A stretch of DNA of 64,000 bases from the human T2T-CHM13v2.0 reference genome, Homo sapiens. The notes under the pieces were generated by a model that was not told the DNA's origin, ran no database searches, and saw only the letters and a list, made by a program, of their open reading frames with translations. This document shows, piece after piece, positions 18,274 through 28,850 of this stretch. The translations under genes were made by a program, and so were the position numbers. The first letter of the stretch is position 1. Each line of letters opens with the position of its first letter. Location of the stretch: the NCBI RefSeq assembly GCF_009914755.1, contig NC_060935.1. One strand, written 5' to 3'.

Positions 18274-19548
18274 ATGAATGAATATTAAAAACACAGTTGA
18301 GTGATTTTAAAAAGAAGACAAGATTTGTAGGCAATACTCCACAGAAATAAAGCACACACAAAAAAGGAAACCACATATAATAAGAATATCTGCATAAAAG
18401 AGAAAGTTAAATTAGAGTTTTTCAGTTTTCTAAGATCTTTGGATAACATACCGAAACTGAGGACAAGAGGTGATAGGAACCAACACATTCCAAATAAAGG
18501 TACTAGATATATCCACATGAAGTTTATTCTAAGATAGTAAAGCTGATCCACAGACCACTACACTTTCTATTATATGTGAGATTAGAAATAAAAGATTCAT
18601 TGATGGGAATCTTTAGGAATAGGGATAACTTCTCCCTGCAAGACAAAGGAGTAGTGCACTCCCTTCATTCTAAACTGAGTGAGGAGGGCTCCAATAGAAC
18701 CATTTGTAGATATTTAGTGTTCCCATGTGAGGGAGAGGCATTACATTCATTCAGCATTATATTCTCTAGATAGAGACTTGGTAAGCTCAGAAATGTACAG
18801 ACCCATCTCCATCTGGCCACCAGGGTGGAATGTGGCATGGAGGATTCTTGGGAGAACATAACCTGAACCACTTATGAGGATTTGGAGCCATGTGAATTAT
18901 AGAGACTGGCACTTCTCAGATGTATAAGTAAGAGTCAGGCTGGCTGCGACAAGGCAGGGTGAGAAAAGCAAGCTGCTGGCTGGGCTGCACTTCCAGTTTG
19001 GCAGGACAAATATGCATGCATTTCCTGTGGGTTCCATGAAAGGTAACCAGTCTTGAGGGTTTGTTGGGACCATTCCCAGGAGAGCTGCGTACAAGGGTGA
19101 AGCACTTTAGCACGAGGAGGCTGTGGGTACATTGTCAGGGTCAGGGGCTGAAGAGCTGAAGGGCAGTGTGGGCTGTGCATCAAAAAGAGGCAACCAAAGT
19201 CAGTTAGTGCCCCAGTCCTCATGGAGAGCTCCAGAGAACCCCAAGAGCTCACAAAGGAGTCAACAGTTAAATGCCTGTCTGCACAGAACACACCAATGGT
19301 ACCTTAATCACGTAAGCTGAGACTTTCTTCGTTTAATATGCCCTCCCCCATTCCAATCCTAGAAGAGACAGGAAGTAAAGAATGAGTGAAATAATGACCA
19401 TGTTCTCCCAAACCACTGAGGTAGAGGAACAGCAGCTTTAAACTGGATAAGTTGCTGACAGGTTCCTGAGATGTGGGAAAGGGTGGGGATGAAAAGCATC
19501 ATACATACATATGTATATATAATATTATATATTATACATATATATAAT

Positions 19549-19710
<162 letters not shown>

Positions 19711-20699
19711 AAAACATATTTAAAATGTTAATACTTTAGATTGGTTTCAGTCATGTTATAGGGAATAATGGAACGTATTTATACCAGAGTATTAACAATG
19801 TAGAAGGACCCTTGAAACGAAGCCAAAAAGATAGGGGCTGTGGCAATTAAGGAGACTTCCAAGAAGTCTAATACTAAGTAGGGCATCCCTGCTTAATCAA
19901 TAACACTTCATTTCGTGACCATGAGACAAGAAAACTACAGAGACCTCATCCCTAACATCCTTCAGCTCCAGAACCAATGCCAAATCACCTAACTCCAGGT
20001 TATATGACAAAAAAAAACATCTGTTTAGGACATTCTTTAGTGGGATTTGTTTTTCTGGTCACAGTCACAATGACGGATTTAAAAAAAAAAGAGTATCTCA
20101 ACTTCCTATTGGGAGTACATGTTTTCCCCTGATTTTAAACTCATGGGACAAAAAGAAAGTGTTGACTGGCATCTGGCAAGATAATTAAATATCTGAAACA
20201 CCCTGAAGGAAACAAAGAGGGTACTGTGGTCAAGAGTAAGGTGGACAGGATACCATAGAAGATATATCCAGTGTATATAATGATAACTGCTAAAACACCC
20301 TCAAAACTCACTAGCAGAATGTAATCAAGTTTATTTTCTTGTTCAAAGTCCAATATGGATGTTTTTGGTCAAGTAGCTATTATGCCCTAAATAGTAACTC
20401 AGGTATTCAGACTTCTTCTATGCTATGACTCCATCACCGTCAAAACATGTGCTTCAAGGTTACCTTGAAGAGGAAGGAGGAAGAGAATAATGGAAATGGC
20501 TCAGCCACCCTTTAACTGCCTTGGTCTAGTATTGAAACATCACTTCCACTCATTTTCCACTGTTGAGAACTACTCACATAGGCCTAGATGCATGGAGCTG
20601 GGAAATGCAGTTTACCTGTGTCCAGAAAGAGGACATTTGGGTGAGCATCTGGCCAGTTTCTTCCACAGAAGCAAAGGTAATAGTGGTATGAATTCAGGA

Positions 20700-21070
20700 A
20701 GATGAAAATGAGCTCACTGGGGAAAGAGTATTCAAGGAAGATGGAGCATGTGCAAAGACTCTCAGTAGAAACAGTTTGGAAAGCTTGAGGAATAAAAAGC
20801 AAGTCTGTGTGGCTGGAGTTTTGTGAAAGGGGAGGAGTGGGTTAAGATGCAGATGGTGATGGTGACGGAGGCCTGGGCAAGATCACACGGGGCCTGAAAA
20901 GTTTGTCTTTTGTTCTCGAGGCAGTGAGAATCCATTGAAGGATTTTAAGCAGAGAAGTGACATAAGCTGATTTACATTTTAAAAAGATCACATGGCTGTG
21001 TGGAAAATTAATTGCTTTAGGGACACGAGTAGAAGCAATTAGACCACCAGTAAGGCAGTTACTGCAGGAG
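20700..21070 (-). mobile_element. L2 LINE fragment
   Basis: GCATGTGCAAAG...GGATTTTAAGCAGAGAAGTGACAT...TTTTAAAAAGATCAC typical of L2. Confidence 0.6.
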
Positions 21071-22080
21071 TTGGGTATCCTAAAACCAGATGGCTGGTCA
21101 GAGAATTCACCTGGGAAGGAGGATGACCAGGGGATGAAAGGTTCTAATTACTGGTCTCTGTGAAAAGCTGTAGAGAGTTTTGTGCAGTTACATAAATGGT
21201 TGGGTTTGGAGCTGAGCGGTGTCTCTGCCAAGATCATGTTGTTTCTTTTAGAACTGTGTTCCCTTAGGACTGGACTATATTATGGGAACAGAAGCTGGAG
21301 CACACCAATAACTGCAGAAGCAGTAACTATTTATTTGGAGAACTCTCAAAGGGATGCTGAACAAGCATGAGGCACGGATAACCAAACCCAATTTTATTCT
21401 TGTCTCTTACCACCCTCCAAATTTTATTCACTGGGAGGTACTCTCCCTGCTATGGAGAAAAGCTGCAGCGAGGTTGTGATGTTCTTAATAGATAGTCCTG
21501 TGATCAGTTTAAGGAACAAACATAATCTCAATTAATTAGAATGTCTAATCCTGTGTAACAATAATCTGCACCTGTTGCAGTTTTAAATCCCTTTTTCCTC
21601 TCCCAGCTCTGCCCCAGCTAAGTCTAGGAGCCTGCACTGGGAAAGGGAGGAGTGATTGGTATGCTCTTCCCTCTCCTCGGCTCCTCTCTACCTAATCACT
21701 GCTGATTGCTCTGGGCCCAAGTGATGAGGAGAGGTAAACAGATAAATCATTTTGCCCTGACTGGGTATTTCTATGCACTGTGGGCCTGAAAGATATTTCC
21801 TCTCCCCTATTCTCACTCTCAAATGATAAACTGGCTTCCTGCTCCCCTGAAAAAAAATCAAAGCAATCAGAAATGAACTTCTGGGGCCCTATCAGGAACT
21901 CTGGAAGAGGGCTTTCATAATGGAGCAACCTCTTACCACTGCCATTTACCTCAAACAGGCCCTCCACATTACTCAGCAATCCTTACCCCACTGCATTCTG
22001 AGTTCTCTCTCATCTCAATAGCACTCGACAGCTAACAACCTGCCCATCCTCCCATAAAAAAAAAAAAAAAAAAAAACACT

Positions 22081-22382
22081 GGCTGGGCACAGTGGCTCAT
22101 GCCTGTAATCCCAGCACTTTGGGAGGCCGAGGCAGGCCGATCACTCGAGGTCAGGAGTTCGAGACCAGCCTGGCCAACATGGTGAAACCCCGTCACTACT
22201 AAAAATACAAAAATTAGCTGGGCGTGGTGGCATGTGCCTGTATTCCCAGCTACTCGGGAGTCTGAGGCAGGAGAAGTGCTTGAACCAGCAGGCAGAGGTT
22301 TCAGTGACCTGAGATCACGCCACCGCATTCCAGCCTGGGCCACAGAGCAAGACTCTGTCTTAAAAAAAAAAAAAAAAAAAAA
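22081..22382 (+). mobile_element. AluS SINE (within probable L2)
   Basis: Full dimer; poly-A runs on both sides. Confidence 0.92.
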
Positions 22383-23739
22383 TTAACTCTCCTGGTTTTA
22401 CTCCTACATCTCTGGGTGAACCTTCTCCTCTTCCATCACCTTCACTGCTTCATTTTCCTTTACCCATCCATGACATGCTCCTCAGTTCTATTCTGAGCCA
22501 TTTTCTCTTCTCATTATCTTACCCTGAATATCTCATCTATTCTGACTTTAATTACCACCTCTAGGCTGCTGATTCCCAGACCCCCAGCACAGATTTCACG
22601 CATGTCCCACTTCCTAAAATCCAACACTTTGAATGGCATCACCAGCCTACCCACAGTTGAGCAACCTGGAACTTACTTCAGATTCCTCTCTTACCAACCT
22701 CAACATCCCACCAATTCTACCTAATGAAGTTCTCCTGTCTGCCTACTTCTTCCATCATGACTAGTCAACAGTGCCCTCATCTTGTGCCCTAGTACCTGGG
22801 TTTCTATAACACCCCTGTTCTCATCTATCCCACTCAACTGGACCCTGTCATTCCTTATCTCTCCCTAGGTGAATAAGTACACTGGCTATATCTCAAATGA
22901 CAAGCTCCGGGAATACAAAGATAAACATGGCTTGAGAAAACAGCAGCCAAATGCACAAAGGAATCACAATGCAATATTTAGAAGCTGAAGTAGCACTCTT
23001 CACATAGTACTTTGAGAGTACAGATGAAGAACTGATTTTGCTTTGGGAGTAGAATAGGAAACAACTAGGCTGTTCGGAAAGATGAGCAAACTGCCAGTCC
23101 GATGAATATCCAGCAGAAAGAACAGTACGTGTAGAGGCACTGTGTAGTGCCTGCCTAATGATTCACAGCCCAGCCTCCAAACATGCCCTCTGGACTACAG
23201 CCTGTTTCAAAACCTCCATCCCCTTATTAGAGGCATCCAACTGGCTCAGGGCATAGAACCTATGATCTCCCAATGGGTACTGTCAGGTATTCCTGGAAAC
23301 AAGTACAAGAGGCCATATCTTTATACCTGGGCACATGGCAGATACCTTTTGGGGGAGGCCTAGAATCTATCATTCAAACTCACCTTCCCTCAGCACCTTG
23401 CCTATAGCTTTCCCAGGACATGCTGATCTGAGTCCACTGCAAGGCAGAGATAGTGGACAGACTCTTCCGCCAATGAACAGCCCAATGCCCCCAAGCCCAC
23501 ATGGCATCAACAAGTTGTTTATGAACAGAGACCCAGCTCCCTCACTACCCCTCCAAGGACAGAAGCTCAGAATCTATTAAAAGTCATTAAATAGCCTATG
23601 AAGCAGGCCTGTTGAAAGGTCTAGCCTCTCCCAGAGGCTTCCTTAGTCAACAAATCCATTCTTTACCCCTCAGCCTCCAACCAGCCTAGGGAAGATCTTC
23701 AAAAAACAATAAGGCTTACAACACATAATAGTCATAGCT

Positions 23740-23945
23740 AGTTTACTGAGCACCTCCTATGTTCCCAGCCCTGGCTACAGATTTCTCCAGTTAACCCACA
23801 CAACCACCCTGCAAGACAAAAATTCTACCATTTTCCAAATGAGGAATGTGATATACAGAGATTAAATGACTTTAAGTGCCTCTGGGTAGCAGGCCAAGAA
23901 TTAAATCCAGGTCTACCTGATTCCAAAATCTGTGCTCTCAGCTAT
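23740..23945 (-). mobile_element. MIR SINE
   Basis: TTTACTGAGCACCTCCTATGT...CCATTTTCCAAATGAGGAA...AGAGATTAAATGACTT. Confidence 0.6.
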
Positions 23946-24409
23946 ATACATCCCAAAGTCCCACAGGACAATAGGTGTTGGGAGTGGCTTGATGCTATAT
24001 GGTTCCAAAAATGGAGATGAGGGGAGAGGGGAAAGATAAACCACTAGAAATGCTCGGTATGGGGACAACCAAACAGTCTCAAGTTGGTGGCTCAGACTGA
24101 TGTCTTGAGCCAAGATGTTGGTGGACAACCAGTTGCCTCAGAGTCAAACAGCAACAGCTGCCTGTCTGCAACCTTGAAGGCCTGGGCAAACTGAAGCTGA
24201 AGGAGCAGAAGCTATGGGTGAGCAGAGGAAGCTGATCTGTAGACAGATCAGATGACAGCAGAGTGGAGATGGCAGGACAGGAAGGCCATGTGGCTTCTTA
24301 GTTGGAAAGAAGAGCAAAACCTAAAGATGCCTTGAATTCCAAACCATCTAGTTTTCATAACACCTGAAGTGTCATGAGACAGATATCCCCATGTTCTCAC
24401 AATAAACTC

Positions 24410-24415
24410 TTTATT
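24410..24415 (-). terminator. RRP8: Proximal RRP8 polyadenylation signal AATAAA
   Basis: TTTATT on plus strand, ~200 nt past the stop codon. Confidence 0.65.
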
Positions 24416-24617
24416 GTTTAGCTAGCCCCAGTGACTTTATGCATCTTATAACCAAGAAGCCTTCAGTAGAGCAAGTCTGAGCCAGAGGTTTTATCACACT
24501 TTGTCCTCAGGGTCCACCAGGAACCAGGTCTTGGCTCACAGCCAGGCTGGAAACAGTCTTCACAGTTCTGAGCCTGGAGTTTGAGATCTGCCTCCCCTTT
24601 CAAGGAAGATCCAGAGG

Positions 24618-27600
24618 TCACCTGCGCTTGTAGAGACATGGCTGAAGCTGCAGGCCTGAAAGCTGAGCCTTGGGCCCTACCAGAGGGGGCCCAGTCTTTT
24701 GGAAATCAAACAAGAAGAAATGGCTGTTGGTCAGGTCCTAGGGGCAGAAAAGACCCAGTGAGAACCAAATCCTCATCCCAACTCCTTAAAACACCTCCCT
24801 CTATGTACTGCCTCTGCTCACAAAGCTTCCCAGGGCTCCCACTTCCGTTGGGGAGCAAAATGTCTGTTCCTGTGCCTAAAGCCTCCTTCCTGAACACCAG
24901 TACCCTGAATAGGGCCACATGAGACAAAAACAGGTACAGATGTCTTGGGGCCCTCACCTTGGAGACAATCTTGAAGCCTAGCTTGGTCACAGCCCGCAGA
25001 AAGGTTCGAACATCCTCAAAGCGGCTGCTGACCTCAGCCACTTTCAGGAGACCCCTGAGAAAGACAGAAAGTTCTGTGTAAGTGCACAGACTCATGCATG
25101 CACACATACATACATGCATCTGTGTCCTGGGGGCTCTTACCCTGGCTTCAGTACTCTATTTGCCTCCTCTAGGAAGTCCCTGATGTTGGTTCCCATCAGT
25201 GAAAGGCAAAACACAGCCACATCCACAGACTCATCCTCCAGAGGAACCTGTGGAGAGTGAGAGTGTTGTATAAGGCACACAGTGCAGAAGAAGAAAGCCA
25301 GCACTGAGATACCAGGATGGGAAAGGGGAAGGAAGGGTTAGAGATTAGCATACGGAGGTTGGCCCTAGAGCACAAGCCAGATAACATAGGGGTTTACCTG
25401 GGCCATGTCACACACAGTGACCCTAGGGTCCAGAGAAGCCAAGTCAAAGCAATGCACAGGGTTCCGGATACTTGAAGCCAAGCGGCAATCCCCACAGCCG
25501 AAGTCAGCCACCACTAGGGATGCAGGCCTGAGAGTGGAAGGCAAGGGTCACATATTGGTCTGATCTGAGCCTATGACTGACCCACCACATGGCTTCTCAC
25601 AGTCCCTGACCCCCATTCACCGCTGGCGAAGATCCCTGGCGATGCGGTCCACTGGCTGCAGTGGCCACTTCTTCACTTGGCTCTGGAAGCCGCGGTGGTA
25701 GAGAAGAAAAGCCTCAGGGTCTTCCTGGAAGAGACGCTGTGCAGCACTGCTGGGCCCTGAGTACAACTGTTCATTGAGGTAGCGAAATCGGGCCCCATCC
25801 AGCCGCTGTGCCATGCGGGCTCGCAAAGCCCCTGCCCGAGCCTCATGGCTGTCTGTCCTGGGAACAGGAGACACCTCTGTCTTCTCTGTGGGGGCCTCAG
25901 CTGGGGCCTGGTCTGGCACCTGAGGTGGCTGAAACTTGTTCTTACATCTTCTCTTATTCTTTTGCCGGTTCCGCCACTGCTTGCGGCTTAATGTATGAGG
26001 GGGTTTAGGGGAAGTGGACCCAGGGCTTTGCTTTGGTGGATCATTTGTAGTACTACCCTTCCAGGCTTTGGGACCTACAGGGAGGGAGATGGGAAGGTAC
26101 ACATGAGGCAAGATCTCTTACATTCGGAGTCACGGCAAGTCATCCCAGCCATACCTCTGTCTTTGAGATCGTGACTGTGGCCTGCAGAGAAGTACTTCTT
26201 ATTGCCTGAGTACACCATTAGCCCCAATCCTAATGGCAGTGGATAATCACTCTTGTATGTAGAACCAGCTGACCCCCCGACACACACACACCAACACACA
26301 CACATATACACATCCAATGGTACCTGTTTGGTCAACATTGTCCAGGTGCTGGGCTGAATTTATAGGGGCATGTTTCTGGCATTTCCTCTTTCTTTTCTCA
26401 TCTTCAGCAGAGTCACTGCCAACAAGAGCCTGTTTGTGGCATTTCTTCTTCCTTTCTACTTCTTCCTCAGAGTCACTGCAAGGTGGGCCCTGTTTTTGAC
26501 ATTTCTTCTTCCCTTTCTTCCCTACTTCAGCAGAGGCACTGGCAAATGATGCCTTTTTGGGGCATTTCTTCTTCCTTTCCTCCTCCTCCTCCTCAGAGTC
26601 ACTTATACATAGGCTGGGGGGATGCTGGGAAAGAGATGCTGCCTCTAGGGCCCGTAATGTGGCCAAGAGCTGGCGGCGCTTGGAGCCCTGGAGGAAAACA
26701 GGGGATGACAGTGGGCCTAAAGAGAATGGATGAGGCCTGGAGAACAAGAAGGGAGAGATGTGGACCTGATTCAGACTGGCAGAAGCATCTGAATTCTTCC
26801 CAGTCAAGCCTGCCAGAACCCAGAAGAACTTTTATGTCACCACCCCAACTTCTGGGAAGCTGGAGAGCAGAGAAACCACCTATCCCACTTTCTTCAATGT
26901 GTAAATGAGCTAATGGAGGTTTCCCCAAAGGAAAATGCAAAGGCCACAAGCAACAAGACCAAGGCCAGAGACCAGGAATTCCAACCCTTCACCTTGAGCT
27001 TTTGCCTAGAGCTGATACATTTCTGTAAGAGGTAAGGAGGCTTCTGAACACAGGAGACACATGATCACACACGTATATTAAATATTTAACATGTCTCTAG
27101 CTGCAGTGTAGAAAACAAACTGAAGGGGAGAAATTGCAGACAGAGAGGCCAGCGGCTTGGACAATGGTAATGGGGCTAGGGGATGAAAAAGGAGGAAACA
27201 AAGCAGGCCGATTCCATGTTGGAGGCAGACTGAAGGGTAAGAAAAGCCTGAGGAAGCAGGGCCCTCACATCTGCAGAGGCTCAAAGGAGAAGATGTATTG
27301 TCGGGAAGGCTGATTCTGTGTTGCAGTCCTACCAGGTAATCCTAGGCCAGGCACTTACCCTGATTCTAAGTTTCCCACACCCTCCTTTGAACAATGATAC
27401 TGACAACTCTTACTGTCTCCAATCCATCCTCCACACTGTAACCGACGACCCTTTCAAAATACAAATCTGAAGAAATAATTCCATTGCTTAAAACCTTTCA
27501 TTGGCTTCTATTCTCAATATACGCAAAACTTCTACCTCTTGAACTTGAACAGCATATATGCCCCTTTCATTTACTATGTATTTCAACCACAAGGACCACT

Positions 27601-27974
27601 TGTGTTTGTGACTCTGACAGAACATGCTCTCTTGTCCCAGGGCCCTTGTACGTACTTTTTCCTGTCTGAAGAACCCTCTTCGCTTCACCAACTTCTACTC
27701 AACAACTCTCTCTGACCCAACGTCAGTTTCTTTTGGAAGTTCTCGGATCTTCAGATCAGGACTCGCCCTTAACGGTGCCACAGGTGTCCCTCCCCGCAAT
27801 ACACACAGCGCTGGGATCCACCAATGTCCGCTTCGCGGCCTGAAACAGCTCCCATTGCTCCCGCGAGTCACTCACCTTGTTTTGCGAGGAGGCCGCAGGC
27901 GGAGGTCGTGAGATTACGGGCCCAAGGCCCGCGGCTACTGGGGCCGCCTCGGCCCACTCAGGCTCTTCGAACAT
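24618..27974 (-). CDS. RRP8: Ribosomal RNA-processing protein 8 / nucleomethylin (28S rRNA m1A methyltransferase), 456 aa
   Basis: Exons 27974-27876, 26687-26324, 26074-25621, 25527-25398, 25247-25141, 25054-24958, 24737-24618. All GT-AG, phases consistent, total 1371 nt. MFEEPEW start; [11 protein letters not shown]; SAM motif VVADFGCGD. Confidence 0.97.
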
Positions 27975-28850
27975 GAGGGTCGGGAGGGCAGGGTCGCCGA
28001 GTCCCCGCTCTTCTCCACGTGCACAGCGCTCCTCTGGAAGTCGGAGCGCTCAGACCTGCCAGAACCGACCCGGAAACCAAAGCGTGACAGCCAGGGGTTG
28101 CTAGAGCGGCCGGCGCGGCGCAGCGAACCATCGAGTTTAGCCAGGCGCGGCTAGAAGGGCAGGGAGGCGGTGGGAGGGGAGGGACGGAGGCCCGCGCTGC
28201 CCAAGAGCGCCACGGGCGGGGCGGGGCCGGCGGCGGGCTGCGGGCGCGGCCGGACGGGAGTTCCCCGGAGAAGGATCCTGCAGCCCGAGTCCCGGTGAGT
28301 GCGAGAGGACCCGCGCCCCCTGTCACCCCTCACTTCTCCTGAGTCCCAAGTAAGGAACGGAGCCAACCCTGGGGAGGACCCCCGGTCCCCTCTCCCAGAG
28401 TATACGGAGCCTGAACCTCCCCACTTCCCCCAACTCTGTTCGCGGATAGGGTCTAGTTGCCTGCTCTCGGACATCCGTTCAGCAGACACTACCTCTTCGT
28501 CACCCCCTGCCCACCCTGACCCGCCTTTACCTCGCGTCTAGAGGACACAGCCAGGGATCATCCCGCAGCCCCGAACTCCTTCACAGACCCCCACTAGCCG
28601 GGGACGCAGCTCAGGCCCCCTACCCCCAACACAAACACTTCTCTCCTGTAGAGGATAAAGCTTGGGGTTCATCCTCCTTCCCTGGATCACTCCACAGTCC
28701 TCAGGCTTCCCCAATCCAGGGGACTCGGCGCCGGGACGCTGCTATGGACGACATTTTCACTCAGTGCCGGGAGGGCAACGCAGTCGCCGTTCGCCTGTGG
28801 CTGGACAACACGGAGAACGACCTCAACCAGGGGTGAGCTGAAACGGTTGG
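27800..28850. promoter_or_regulatory. CpG island / bidirectional promoter of RRP8 (-) and ILK (+); ILK non-coding exon 1 ends at 28294
   Basis: High CpG density, GC boxes GGGCGGGGCGGGG ~28215, CACGTG at 28016-28021, donor CCCG|GTGAGT at 28294/5, acceptor TAG at 28649-28651. Confidence 0.85.
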
